From NCBI GenBank assembly GCA_016235455.1, contig JACRKZ010000047.1, forward strand, positions 1-57,594: a DNA stretch of 57,594 bases, given 5' to 3'. A program made the translations under genes and the position numbers. Positions 1 to 9,878 of this stretch are shown piece by piece. The notes under the pieces were generated by a model. It was not told the origin of the DNA, made no database searches, and saw nothing but the letters and a program-made list of their open reading frames with translations. The stretch comes from Armatimonadota bacterium (lineage in GTDB: Bacteria > Armatimonadota > UBA10988). The stretch's first letter is position 1. Each line of letters starts with the position of its first letter.

Positions 1-420
1 GCCATCAACGGCCGCGGCTCGCCGCGTGACGATCGCTTCAGCCTGGCCTTTGACCCACGTACCATGGCGCTGCTGGGCACGGTCGGCCGCACCTACTGGC
101 TGGACGGCACCCTTCGCCCGGATGGCACGGTGGCGCTGACCCCGGGGCCCACGGTGACTGGTGAAGTCAAGGGCCTGACCGGCGCCTGGCGCGCCACGGA
201 GCAGGGCCTCGATGTGGAACTCTTCGTGCCGTTCTCGCTGATGAGCGAGACCCAGTGGCCCGAGGAGCAGGACCTGGGCTTCGCGCTCATCTGGCAGCAC
301 GGCGACACGGCGCTCAACTGGTCGGGCGACAACAGCTGGCTCTCGCCGCGCGAATACGGCGTGCTGCACCGCCTGGCCACGGCGCACGAGACGCTGCCCT
401 GGGTGGTCCGCGTCAGGTAG
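1..420 (+). CDS. Partial CDS (3' end), probable C-terminal CBM9-like sugar-binding domain
   Basis: Frame 1 is open from base 1 to TAG at 418-420. It ends GLDVELFVPFSLM...DLGFAL...LNW...SPREYGVL, the E-x-x-[IV]-P / G-F / W / P-x-x-[FYW]-G pattern of CBM9-like domains. Confidence 0.5.
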   Translation, partial: AINGRGSPRDDRFSLAFDPRTMALLGTVGRTYWLDGTLRPDGTVALTPGPTVTGEVKGLTGAWRATEQGLDVELFVPFSLMSETQWPEEQDLGFALIWQHGDTALNWSGDNSWLSPREYGVLHRLATAHETLPWVVRVR

Positions 421-1801
421 GCGCCCATTCCCAGTTGGCCTCGGGCTCGGGGATGTCCAGCCCGCAGGCCAACGCGATCCCGCGCGGGTCGGCGGCGATG
501 ACCACCTCGGTGGCCAGGCCGGCGCGCAGGTCGGCCAGCGTCACGTTGTCCAACATGCGCTCCTGCTCGTCGAAGGCCCGCTGCGGAGTGACCACCACCA
601 GGCCCGGCCGCGGGCCCAGTTGGTCGATGATGTCGCGCCCCGCCAACAGCCCCGCACAGGCCACGTTGCCGCCGAACAGGTCATTGCGGATCACCGCTAG
701 TTCCACGCGCAGGCCGTCGACCGCGTTGAGGCTGTCGATGAGTGGCGGCAGGAACAGCGCGCCGTAGCCGCCAGTGACCACCGTCACCTGCCGGGGCTCG
801 GCGCTGTCGGGCAGATCGAGCTCCAGGTCCTCGGCATCGTCGAGGAACAGCCGCGTCGGCCCGATGCCGTTCTCGAGTTGGCAGAAGTCGTCGTAGTAGT
901 CTGAGTCCGGCAGCGGCCGACCCGACTCCAGGTACAACTCGTCGGCCGCGAACACCGGCACGGTGCCGTGGCCCGCGCGCCGCGCGTCGATCTGGTCGAT
1001 CACCGCGGCCGCCTCGTCGGGCGTCATGGGCCGCATGGCCGGATGGTTCTGGAAGCGCGTCAGCCCCACGGGCACCACGCCGATCGAGAGGATGCCGTCG
1101 CCCAGCGCTTCCAGGTCGTCGATGGTCTGCTCCAGAACGGCGCCGTTGTTGACGTCCGGGCAGCAGACGATCTGCGTGTGGCACTCGATGCCAGCGGCCA
1201 CCAGTCGGGTCAGGTAGTCCCAGCCGGTCTGCGCCTTGGCATTGTCCAGCAGCACGCGCCGCACTTCGGGGTCGCTGGCGTGGACCGAGACGTGCAGCGG
1301 GCTCAGGCCCTGGCCGACGATGCGCTCGAAGTGCTGCTCGGTGAGGTTGGTCAGCGTGATGAAGTGGCCGTGCAGGAAGCTCAGGCGGTAGTCGTCGTCC
1401 TTGACATACACCGTCGGCCGCAGGCCCGGCGGCGCCTGGACCACAAAGCAGAACAGGCAACCGTTGTTGCACACGCGCAGCGGCGTGAAGAGATCGCCGT
1501 GGAAGCGGATGCCCAGGTCCTCGTGCTCGTCCTTCTCGAACGAGATGACGGTCTCGGCGCCTTCGGCCGGGCGCACCAGCAGGTCGAGCTCCTCGCAGGC
1601 AGTCCACAGCTGCCAGTCGATGACGTCGCGCGGCGGCTGGTCGTTGACCCGCCGGATGCGGTCGCCGGGGCGCAGGCCGAGTTGCTCGGCGATGCTGCCG
1701 GGCTCGACCGCGGCAATGACGGCATCGGGCTCGCGTACACGCATCGGCTCGGCGTGGCCGATGGTCACGGCGCAGTGTTTGGACGGAGGTCGCGTCGGCA
1801 T
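413..1801 (-). CDS. DUF512-family radical SAM/Fe-S protein with N-terminal PDZ-like domain
   Basis: VEPGSIAEQLGLRPGD (PDZ-like), CNNGCLFC (CxxxCxxC), KDDDYRLSFLHGHFITLTNL, QLENGIG, GGNVACAGLLAGRDI. Start is uncertain. Confidence 0.85.
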   Translation of the reverse strand: MPTRPPSKHCAVTIGHAEPMRVREPDAVIAAVEPGSIAEQLGLRPGDRIRRVNDQPPRDVIDWQLWTACEELDLLVRPAEGAETVISFEKDEHEDLGIRFHGDLFTPLRVCNNGCLFCFVVQAPPGLRPTVYVKDDDYRLSFLHGHFITLTNLTEQHFERIVGQGLSPLHVSVHASDPEVRRVLLDNAKAQTGWDYLTRLVAAGIECHTQIVCCPDVNNGAVLEQTIDDLEALGDGILSIGVVPVGLTRFQNHPAMRPMTPDEAAAVIDQIDARRAGHGTVPVFAADELYLESGRPLPDSDYYDDFCQLENGIGPTRLFLDDAEDLELDLPDSAEPRQVTVVTGGYGALFLPPLIDSLNAVDGLRVELAVIRNDLFGGNVACAGLLAGRDIIDQLGPRPGLVVVTPQRAFDEQERMLDNVTLADLRAGLATEVVIAADPRGIALACGLDIPEPEANWEWAPT

Positions 1802-1816
1802 GGCTTGTTTCGTCGA

Positions 1817-2470
1817 TCAGGCGGGACGTCGTGCGATGACATCGATGTTCAGCGCATACGGCTCGTCGGCAAAGCAGGTACTGGCAAGGTCATCTACCAC
1901 GAATCCGGCGGCCTCGAACTCGGCGCGCACACTGTCTTTGGTAAAGAGATCCTTGTGCAGTTGGTGAGGCGCATTGAACGGCGTCGGCAGACCATGGCTG
2001 TAGCGGTAGACGTGTTCCAGGTCAAAGGTCGGGCCGACCAGGCCCGGCGCGCCTTGCCGGTACAAGTCGCAGATCACATCGAAGTCCGGGATCCAACGCA
2101 CCGTGAGCGTGCCGCCCGGCGCGAGCAATCGCCGCCATTCGGCCAGGGCCGCGGGCCGCTCGTAGCGGTACAGGTGCTCGAACACTGCCTCCAGCAGGAT
2201 CTCCTGGGCGCAGCCATCGGGCAGCATGGGCAGCGCGGTGATCTCGGAGACGAGATCCACCGCCGGCGTGGCCTGCACGTCCACGTTCACGTATCCGGGA
2301 TAGGGCTTGCCGCCGCAGCCGAGGTTGAGCTTGAGCCCGCGAGCGTCGCGCCACTGCGCCTCGGGCACCACGTGGCGGCCAACGCGCTTGATCATCAGCG
2401 CCGAAGGCCCACGTTGCACCTCAATACCACAGGCGGCCAGCACCTGCTTGGCCCAGCGGGTCAGGATCAT
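1817..2470 (-). CDS. Class I SAM-dependent methyltransferase-domain protein
   Basis: KLNLGCG SAM motif I, FEHL, WRRLLAPGGTL. ATGA overlap with the recN stop. Confidence 0.75.
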   Translation of the reverse strand: MILTRWAKQVLAACGIEVQRGPSALMIKRVGRHVVPEAQWRDARGLKLNLGCGGKPYPGYVNVDVQATPAVDLVSEITALPMLPDGCAQEILLEAVFEHLYRYERPAALAEWRRLLAPGGTLTVRWIPDFDVICDLYRQGAPGLVGPTFDLEHVYRYSHGLPTPFNAPHQLHKDLFTKDSVRAEFEAAGFVVDDLASTCFADEPYALNIDVIARRPA

Positions 2471-4179
2471 CGTTTCGCCTTCCTGGTAGCCGCGCTGTCG
2501 GGGGCCACCTCGGCCAGCAACTCGCGCGCCATATTCAGCGTCGCCTCGGTCGGCGGCTTGCGGCCCAACATGCGAGCCAGCTCGAACACGCGCTGCTCCG
2601 CCTGCACCGGTGCCACCGAGAGGCGCGTCGTACCGTCCACGGCGGCCTTGTCCAGCGCGATGTGGCTGTCCGCCGAGGCCGCGATGGGCGCGTGGTGCGT
2701 GACCACGAGCACCTGGCGACGGCGGGCGATAGCGGCCATCTTGCTGGCCACGGCACGGATGGTCACGCCGCCGATGCCGACGTCGATCTCGTCGAAGATC
2801 ATCGTCGGAATGGCATCGCGCGCCGCCAACTCCGACTTGAGCGCCAGCATGACCCGGGAGATCTCACCGCCGCTGGCGATGCGCGCCAACGGTCGCGGCG
2901 GCTCGCCGGGATTGGCGCTGAACAGGAAGGCCGCCTCATCCAGCCCGTCGGGCCCGGGCGCCTGGCGGTCAGCCAGCTCGATGACGAAGCGCACGCCGTC
3001 CAGGTTCAGATCGTGCAGGTGACCCTCGACCGCATGGGTCAGGGCGTCACCCGCGGCGCGTCGCGCCAAGCTGAGCTGGCGGCCAGCCTCCAGCAGCCGA
3101 GGCTCCAGGTCGGCGCGGCGGGCCTCAAGCTCGCCCAGCCGTTCCTCGCTGTGCTCAAGCTCGGCCAGTTCGCGGGCCGCGGCGGTCTCCACGGCCAGGA
3201 CGGCCTCAATGCTGTCGCCGTACTTGCGTTTGAGCCGGCCGATCAGCTCCAACCGATCTTCGACCGTCGCCAGCCGCTGCGGGTCGGCCTCGATGTGCGC
3301 CGCATAACGCCCGAGCGTGCGCGCCGCCTCGGCCAGCACCGCCTGCGCGCCGGCCAGCTCCTCGGCCAGGGGCGCCAGGTCGGCATCAACCTCGGCCATG
3401 GAAGCCACCAGCTCCGCGCTGGCGTCGACACGGTCGACCGCCGACAAGCCTTCCTCGGCGTCGGCCAAGGCCGAAGTGGCGCGCGTCGCCCATTCCAGCA
3501 ACTGCTCCGTGTGGGCCAGCATGTTGCGCTCGGCGCGCAGTTCCTCGTCCTCGCCGGCGGTGAGCGCCGCGTTGCCGATCTCGTCGACCTGGTAGCGCAG
3601 CAGATCGGCGCGGCGGGCCTTGGCATCCTCGTCCAGCCGCAGTCGCTGGGCGGTCTCGATCGCCTCACGCCACGCGCCGTGGAGCTGCTGATAGGTCGCG
3701 CGCGCCTCGGCTACATTGCTGCCGGCAATGGTGTCGAGCAAGCGCAGGTGCTCGCCGGGCCGCATCAGCGACTGGTGCTCGTGCTGTCCGTGGATGTCGA
3801 TGAGCTGCTCGCCGAGCTGCCGCAGTGCGCCGACGTTGGCCGTCGAGCCGTTCACCGTGCAGCGACTGCGGCCATCGCGGCGAATCTCGCGCGTGACGAC
3901 GAGCAGATCGTCGGGGTCGGGCTCGAAGCCCAGTTCGTCAAGCAGCGCCGCCAGGCCCGGCGTATCGCCCAGCTCAAACACCGCACGTAGGCGAGCCACC
4001 TCGCAACCCGCGCGGACGAAGTCGGCGCCAGCCCGGCCGCCAACCAGCGCACCGATGGCGTCGATGACGATGCTCTTGCCCGCGCCCGTCTCGCCGGTCA
4101 ACACGCAGAGGCCCGGCCCGAGTTGGACACGGGCGGACTCGACGATGGCAAAGTCACGGATTTCCAGTTCGGAAAGCAT
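2467..4179 (-). CDS. recN: DNA repair protein RecN
   Basis: Start moved to ATG 4179 (MLSELEIRDFAIV). Walker A TGETGAGKS, IHGQHEHQ, ASGGEISRVMLALK, IFDEIDVGIGG. Confidence 0.97.
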   Translation of the reverse strand: MLSELEIRDFAIVESARVQLGPGLCVLTGETGAGKSIVIDAIGALVGGRAGADFVRAGCEVARLRAVFELGDTPGLAALLDELGFEPDPDDLLVVTREIRRDGRSRCTVNGSTANVGALRQLGEQLIDIHGQHEHQSLMRPGEHLRLLDTIAGSNVAEARATYQQLHGAWREAIETAQRLRLDEDAKARRADLLRYQVDEIGNAALTAGEDEELRAERNMLAHTEQLLEWATRATSALADAEEGLSAVDRVDASAELVASMAEVDADLAPLAEELAGAQAVLAEAARTLGRYAAHIEADPQRLATVEDRLELIGRLKRKYGDSIEAVLAVETAAARELAELEHSEERLGELEARRADLEPRLLEAGRQLSLARRAAGDALTHAVEGHLHDLNLDGVRFVIELADRQAPGPDGLDEAAFLFSANPGEPPRPLARIASGGEISRVMLALKSELAARDAIPTMIFDEIDVGIGGVTIRAVASKMAAIARRRQVLVVTHHAPIAASADSHIALDKAAVDGTTRLSVAPVQAEQRVFELARMLGRKPPTEATLNMARELLAEVAPDSAATRKAKR

Positions 4180-4183
4180 GGCC

Positions 4184-5086
4184 CTACCTGGGTAGCCCCC
4201 AGCCCAGCTTGCCGCGCAGGCTGTGAAAGAACGCGCCATGCTCCAGGCGCGCCAACGGCAGGCACGTCGGCGACTGCTCCACGAGCAGCAACTCGCCAGG
4301 CGCCAGTTCGCGGTGGATCTGGCCGTCCACGGAGACCAGCGCGCTGTGGCTGGTGCGCGGCGCCTCTACCACCTCAATTGTCAGCCGGGCCTCGGCACTG
4401 AGCACCAGCGGCCGCGTGGCCAGCGTGTGCGGGCAGATGGGCGTCAGCACCATGGCCGGCACGCCCGGCATGAGTACCGGTCCGCCGGCGCTGAGATTGT
4501 AGGCCGTGGAGCCCGTGGCGGTGGCTACTACCACGCCATCGGCCGGGAACTCCGCGATCAGGTCGTCACCGAGCTTGATGCGCAGCTCCAGGATGCGGCC
4601 GGCGTCCTTGGCCTTGACCGCCACGTCGTTCGCCGCCAGCAGCGTCTCGTGGGCGCCGATCACCGCATGCAGCATCAAACGCCGATCCACATCGTAAGCA
4701 CCGCGACACAGCGCCGCCAGCCGCGAGCGCAGTGTGCCCGCCTCGATCTCGGCGAGAAATCCGAAGGTGCCGAAATTGACGCCGACCACCGGCACGCCCC
4801 ACGGCGCCGCCGCGCGCGCCAGCGAGACCACCGCGCCGTCGCCACCGAAGACCAGTGCCAGATCGGCGCTGGCCAGACAGTCCTCGAGAGGGACGCCCGT
4901 CTCGCCCAGCGCGTCGGCCGTGGCCTGCTCGACCAGGACGCCGACGCCGCGGCCGACGATGAAGTCGCGCGCGCGCGCCGCGGCGTCAAGCGCCTCGCGT
5001 CGGTCGGCGCGGGCCCAAAGCAGAACCGCCCGCGGCGGCACGCACGGCGCGGGCCGTCGTGTCCGCGGGCGGTCGTCGTGAAGCAT
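4184..5086 (-). CDS. nadK: NAD(+) kinase
   Basis: GGDG, GVNFGTFGFL, DGVVVATATGSTAYNLSAGGP, PICPHTL. ATG 5086 follows GGGAAGG. Confidence 0.93.
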   Translation of the reverse strand: MLHDDRPRTRRPAPCVPPRAVLLWARADRREALDAAARARDFIVGRGVGVLVEQATADALGETGVPLEDCLASADLALVFGGDGAVVSLARAAAPWGVPVVGVNFGTFGFLAEIEAGTLRSRLAALCRGAYDVDRRLMLHAVIGAHETLLAANDVAVKAKDAGRILELRIKLGDDLIAEFPADGVVVATATGSTAYNLSAGGPVLMPGVPAMVLTPICPHTLATRPLVLSAEARLTIEVVEAPRTSHSALVSVDGQIHRELAPGELLLVEQSPTCLPLARLEHGAFFHSLRGKLGWGLPR

Positions 5087-5111
5087 GGTCACCTTCCCGA
5101 CGGCTGACCGA

Positions 5112-6776
5112 TCAGGGCTGCGCCGGAGCGGGAGCGGTCCCACCACCGGCATCGCCAGCCGGCTTGTCCGGTGTGGTGGTTGGCGCGCCGCCCGCCGGGG
5201 CACCACCCGCGGGTGGCGTCGCGCCACCGGCGGCGGGCGCCTTGTCGAACCGCGCCAGGTTGTACTTGGCGTCTTCGTAGTCCGGCTTGATCTTCAGCGC
5301 GTCCTGGTAGCAGCGCTTGGCCTCGTCGATCTTGTTCTGCTTCTCCAAGGCCACGCCGAGGTTGTTGAAGGCCACGGCGTAGTCCTTGTTGAGCACGATG
5401 GCCTTGCGGAAGTAGCCCTCGGCCTCGGGCACGAGCCCCAGCGAGTCGCAGATCAGGCCGAGCTTGTTGAGTGCTTCGGGATCCTTGGTACCCTTGGCCA
5501 CGGCCTTCTCCAGCGTGGCCTTGGCGGCGTCGATCTTCTTGCCGTTGTACTGGGCGTCGCCGAGTTGCACCAGCGCATTGAGGTTGTCGGGCTCACTGGC
5601 TACAACCTGTTCCCAGGCGGCCATGGCATCGTCCCAGGCGCCGGTGCGCGTGCAGACGATGGCCAAGTTGGTCTGAGCCAGTCCAAAGCCTGGCTTGGCC
5701 GCCAGCGCGCGGCGCCAGGCGTCCTTGGCCTTGTCGTAGCTCTCCAGCTTGAAGTACGCCCAACCGAGGTTGTTCAGCGTGTTCAGGTCGTCGGGCTTGA
5801 TCTTGATGGCCGCCTCGTTGGCTGCCACAGCCTGCTCGAAGCCGACTTTGGTGCCGAGCTTGCCAGCAGCCAGACCCAGGTTGAACTGCGCGGCGAAGTC
5901 GTCCGGCTGCAGCCCGGCGGCGATGGTCAGCGCGGCGACGGCCTTGGCCAGGTCATCGCCCTGGCCCCGCTTGAGGTAGCCGATGCCGCGGTAAAGCTGG
6001 GCCACATAGCACTTGGCGTCGATGCCGACGGCGCCCTCGAAGGTGCCGATGGCGTCGGTCATGTTGCCGTTCTCCCACAGCGCGAGGCCGAGGTTGCTGG
6101 CGAAGGTGGCGGTGCGGTTCAGTTCCAGCGCCTTACGGTAAGCGGCGATCGCGTCGGGCCGGCGGTTGCGGGCCTTGTAGAGGTTGGCCAGGTTGTTCCA
6201 CGCATCGGCGTTGTTGGCAGCCAGCTTGGTGGCCTGCTCGTAGGCCTTGATGCCGGCATCCAGGTCGCCCTTGCGACCGAAGGCGATGCCCAGGTTGTAC
6301 CAGGCATCGGCGTACTTGGCGTCGCCGGCCACGGCCTTCTGGAAGGCCTCGATGGCCTTGTCGACCGCGTCGGTGCCCAGCAGCGCGATGCCCAGGTTGT
6401 TCAGCGCCAGCGGGTCGTTGCCCTTGATGGCGGCGGCCTTGGTCAGCACTTCCACGGCATCGGCGGAGCGCTTCTGATGCAGCGCGATCACGCCCAGCCA
6501 GACCATCGTGGTGGCGTCCTTGGCATCCGCCTTGAGCACCTCTTCGAAGGCTGCCTTGGCCTCGTCGAGCTTGCCCTGCTGATACAGCGCCACCGCCTGG
6601 TTGTAGCGCTGCGCGGAGCTGACGACGGCCGTCGGCGCCGGCGCCGCACCCGCTGCGCCACCCGCTGCGCCACCTGCCGGTGGCGCCGGCGTTGGCGCGT
6701 CCTGCGCCCACACGGCACTCGCCGCGAGGAGCATCGAAAGCATCATCAGACCGAAAATGCGGCTCACCTTGCCCAT
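5112..6776 (-). CDS. Exported tetratricopeptide-repeat protein
   Basis: Signal peptide ending AVWA-Q, many TPR units (NNLG..L, YNLG.A), Pro/Ala/Gly-rich termini. Confidence 0.88.
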   Translation of the reverse strand: MGKVSRIFGLMMLSMLLAASAVWAQDAPTPAPPAGGAAGGAAGAAPAPTAVVSSAQRYNQAVALYQQGKLDEAKAAFEEVLKADAKDATTMVWLGVIALHQKRSADAVEVLTKAAAIKGNDPLALNNLGIALLGTDAVDKAIEAFQKAVAGDAKYADAWYNLGIAFGRKGDLDAGIKAYEQATKLAANNADAWNNLANLYKARNRRPDAIAAYRKALELNRTATFASNLGLALWENGNMTDAIGTFEGAVGIDAKCYVAQLYRGIGYLKRGQGDDLAKAVAALTIAAGLQPDDFAAQFNLGLAAGKLGTKVGFEQAVAANEAAIKIKPDDLNTLNNLGWAYFKLESYDKAKDAWRRALAAKPGFGLAQTNLAIVCTRTGAWDDAMAAWEQVVASEPDNLNALVQLGDAQYNGKKIDAAKATLEKAVAKGTKDPEALNKLGLICDSLGLVPEAEGYFRKAIVLNKDYAVAFNNLGVALEKQNKIDEAKRCYQDALKIKPDYEDAKYNLARFDKAPAAGGATPPAGGAPAGGAPTTTPDKPAGDAGGGTAPAPAQP

Positions 6777-6786
6777 GTTCTCGTCC

Positions 6787-8697
6787 TCATCCCACCAGTT
6801 TCAACGTCTCGTCGGACTTACCTTCCAGGATTGCTCGCACGCGCCGCGTCAGGCCGTCCACATCGAGTCCGTGCCAGGCGAGCTGATGCTCGCGCTCGCC
6901 GTGCTCGACAAACTCGTCGCGCACGCCGATGATGGTCAGGCGGCAGGTGGTGTCGGCCTCGGCCAACACCTCGGCGACGGCCGAGCCGAACCCACCGACG
7001 ACACTATGGTCCTCGATGGTCAGAAGATGGTCATGCCGGCTGGCCAGGTCGAGCACCAACTCGCGGTCCAGCGGCTTGACGAACCGAGCGTTGGCCACGG
7101 TCACGCTGAGGCCTTCGTCGGCCAGCGCTTGCGCGGCGTCCAGCGCCGTGTGGCTCATGGTGCCGATGCCGAGCAAGGCCACCTTCTCGCCTTCGCGCAG
7201 AATCTCGCCGCGGCCGATAGGCAGGTCGACCAGCTCGTCGGGCAGTTCCAGGCCGAGGACGTTGGCGCGCGGGTAGCGCATGGCGATCGGGCCGGGCGTC
7301 GGGCCGTCGGTGTAGCTCAAGGCCGTGTGCATCATGTGCAGCATCTCGACCTCGTCCTTGGGCGCCATGATCACCAGATCGGGGATGTGCCGCAGGTAAG
7401 CCAGGTCGTACATGCCGTGGTGCGTGGGCCCGTCGTTGCCGACGCAGCCGGCGCGGTCCAACGCGAAAATGACCGGCGCCCGGTGCAGCGCCACGTCGTG
7501 CAGCACCTGGTCGTAGGCGCGCTGCAGGAAGGTCGAGTAGATGGCCGTTACTGGCCGACGACCGTCCATGGCCAGCGCCGCCGAGACGCAGACGGCATGC
7601 TGCTCGGCCATGCCGACGTCCAGCACCCGGCCGGGGAACAGCTTGGCCATCTTGGCCAGGCCCGTGCCGTCAAGCATGGCCGCGGTGACGCCCACCACGC
7701 GGGGATCGGCCTTGGCCAGGCGCTCGAAGCCCTCGACGAATACGTCCGTGTAGGCCAGCACCTTGGGTCCGGCCGACTTGGGCTTGACCGCATGGAGCTT
7801 GCCGGGATCGTTCTCAGCCGGCTCAAACCCCTTGCCCTTGTCGGTCAGCACATGCACGACAACCGGCTTGCGGCGCGACTTGGCGTACGTCAGCGTGCGC
7901 AGCAGCATGTCCAGGTCATGGCCGTCGATCGGCCCCAGGTACTCGAACCCGAGGTCCTCGAAGTAGACTGCCGGCAGGATGGCGTGGCGCACGGACATGT
8001 CCAGCCGCTCCAGCGCCTCGACCGCCTCGCCGCCCAGGGGCAGCTTGCGCACGGCTTCCTCGAAGTATTGCTTGAGCGCGTTGAAGCTCTTGCCCACGCG
8101 GATCTGGGTCATGTAGCGACTGAGCGCGCCGACATTGGGCGAGATGCTCATGCCGTTGTCGTTGACCACGACGATCAGCGGCGAGTTGAGGTCGCCGGCA
8201 TGGTTGAGGCCTTCGAACGACTGCCCAGCGGTCAGCGAGCCATCACCAATGATGGCCACCACGTGGTTGTCGCCACCGGTCAGGTCGCGAGCCAGCGCGA
8301 AGCCGACCGCCGCCGAGATGCTGGTGCCGCCGTGGCCCGCGCCGAACGAGTCGTGCTCGCTCTCGGCCGGCTTGCAGAACGGTGCCAGACCTTTGGTCTG
8401 CCGAATGGTAGGCATGCCTTCGGCGCGGCCGGTGAGCATCTTGTGCGGATACGACTGATGGCCGACATCGAAGACGAACTTGTCGCGCGGTGTCTCGAAC
8501 AGGTAGTGCAGCGCGACGGTCAACTCGACCGCGCCCAGATTCGAGCCAAAGTGCCCGCCGCAGGGCAGCGCCGGAATCACCTCGGTCAAGTCGAGGCGCA
8601 TCTCGTCGCACAACTGCAGCAGTTGGCGCTGGTTCAGCCGCTTCACGTCTTCTGGCCCGTGGATCGTCGCCAGCAGCGGCTTGACCGATCGTCCCAT
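6787..8697 (-). CDS. dxs: 1-deoxy-D-xylulose-5-phosphate synthase
   Basis: GGHFGSNLGAVEL, FDVGHQSYPHK, ThDP motif GDGSLTAG..EGLN, YSTFLQRAYDQVLHDVA, DGPTHHG. Confidence 0.97.
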   Translation of the reverse strand: MGRSVKPLLATIHGPEDVKRLNQRQLLQLCDEMRLDLTEVIPALPCGGHFGSNLGAVELTVALHYLFETPRDKFVFDVGHQSYPHKMLTGRAEGMPTIRQTKGLAPFCKPAESEHDSFGAGHGGTSISAAVGFALARDLTGGDNHVVAIIGDGSLTAGQSFEGLNHAGDLNSPLIVVVNDNGMSISPNVGALSRYMTQIRVGKSFNALKQYFEEAVRKLPLGGEAVEALERLDMSVRHAILPAVYFEDLGFEYLGPIDGHDLDMLLRTLTYAKSRRKPVVVHVLTDKGKGFEPAENDPGKLHAVKPKSAGPKVLAYTDVFVEGFERLAKADPRVVGVTAAMLDGTGLAKMAKLFPGRVLDVGMAEQHAVCVSAALAMDGRRPVTAIYSTFLQRAYDQVLHDVALHRAPVIFALDRAGCVGNDGPTHHGMYDLAYLRHIPDLVIMAPKDEVEMLHMMHTALSYTDGPTPGPIAMRYPRANVLGLELPDELVDLPIGRGEILREGEKVALLGIGTMSHTALDAAQALADEGLSVTVANARFVKPLDRELVLDLASRHDHLLTIEDHSVVGGFGSAVAEVLAEADTTCRLTIIGVRDEFVEHGEREHQLAWHGLDVDGLTRRVRAILEGKSDETLKLVG

Positions 8698-8718
8698 GCA
8701 TATCTCCCGAACCGGTGA

Positions 8719-9609
8719 CTACCGGTCGCGCTCTACCACAAATCGTGCCAACATGCGCAGCGGTTCGGCCTCGGGGCCGAACTCGGCCAGCGCGGCCAAG
8801 GCATCCTCCACCAGCTCCTGCGCCACCGCGCGGCTGGCCTCAATGCCGAACAGGGCCGGCCAGGTCGCCTTCTCGTGATCCAGGTCGCTGCCCACCGGTT
8901 TGCCCAACGCAGCTTCGTCGCCCACCAGGTCGAGGATGTCGTCGACGATCTGGAAGGCCAGCCCCATGCCCCGGCCGTAGCGCCGGAACGCGGCGATCTG
9001 GGCCTCGCTGCCACCACCCAGGATGGCCCCGCAGACCACCGCGGCAGTCAGCAGCGCCGTGGTCTTCTTGAGGTGAATGGTCTCCACCAGCTCGGCGGTC
9101 GGCTTGGTGCCCTCGCTCATCAGGTCCAGCATCTGGCCGCCGACCATGCCCGGCGCGCCAGCCGCCTCGGCCAGCTCCGCCGTGGCCTGCGCGGCTCTAT
9201 CCGGGCCAATGCCCGGCTGCCTGGCGTTGGTCGCGGTCAGAAAGAAGGCCAGCGTCAGCAACGCATCGCCAGCCAGCAAGGCGGTGGCCTCGTCGAATTG
9301 CCGGTGGCAGCTCGGCCGGCCGCGCCTCAGATCATCATCGTCCATGCAAGGCAGGTCGTCATGGATCAGCGAGTAGGTGTGGATGCATTCCAGCGCGCAC
9401 GCCGTGGGCAGCACAGCCTGCTCGTCACCGCCGACGGCCACGCAGGCATCCAGCACCAATGCCGGCCGCAGGCGCTTGCCGCCGGCTTCCATGCTGTAGC
9501 GCATGGCCTCGTGCAGGCGCGCCGGCTCGGCCGAGGCGGGTGGCAGATAGCGGTCCAGCGCAGCTTCGATGACCTGCGCGCGGGCCTTGAGGTGGGCGGA
9601 TAGGTCCAT
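8719..9609 (-). CDS. ispA: Polyprenyl (farnesyl/geranylgeranyl) diphosphate synthase
   Basis: GGKRLRP, YSLIHDDLPCMDDDDLRRGRP, AFQIVDDILD. ATG 9609 overlaps the xseB stop (TGATG). Confidence 0.95.
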   Translation of the reverse strand: MDLSAHLKARAQVIEAALDRYLPPASAEPARLHEAMRYSMEAGGKRLRPALVLDACVAVGGDEQAVLPTACALECIHTYSLIHDDLPCMDDDDLRRGRPSCHRQFDEATALLAGDALLTLAFFLTATNARQPGIGPDRAAQATAELAEAAGAPGMVGGQMLDLMSEGTKPTAELVETIHLKKTTALLTAAVVCGAILGGGSEAQIAAFRRYGRGMGLAFQIVDDILDLVGDEAALGKPVGSDLDHEKATWPALFGIEASRAVAQELVEDALAALAEFGPEAEPLRMLARFVVERDR

Positions 9610-9878
9610 CAGTCGGCTTCCTCGATGGCCAGGCTGCCGTCGGCACGCTCTACCAGTTGCTCCAGCAGGCCCTCGGCGGCGGCCAGCCGGCGGCGACACA
9701 CGTCGCGCAGCGCCAGGCCCTGCTGGTACAGCGCCAGCGCCCGGTCGAGCGGCACCTGGCCGCTCTCCAACTCGTTCACCACCTGCTCAAGCTGCGCTTG
9801 AGCGGCCTCAAAGTCGAGGTGCTCGAAGTCCAAACCGCTGGCTTCGGCGGCGGTTGGCACTTGTGGTTGGTCGCTCAC
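9609..9878 (-). CDS. xseB: Exodeoxyribonuclease VII small subunit
   Basis: FEAAQAQLEQVVNELESGQVPLDRALALYQQGL...C...L..AE. GTG 9878 overlaps the xseA stop (GTGA). Confidence 0.93.
   Translation of the reverse strand: MSDQPQVPTAAEASGLDFEHLDFEAAQAQLEQVVNELESGQVPLDRALALYQQGLALRDVCRRRLAAAEGLLEQLVERADGSLAIEEAD

Noticed and set aside
6640-6690. 12-bp tandem repeat CACCCGCTGCGC in the TPR gene
   Set aside because: It only encodes the in-frame GGAA low-complexity linker.
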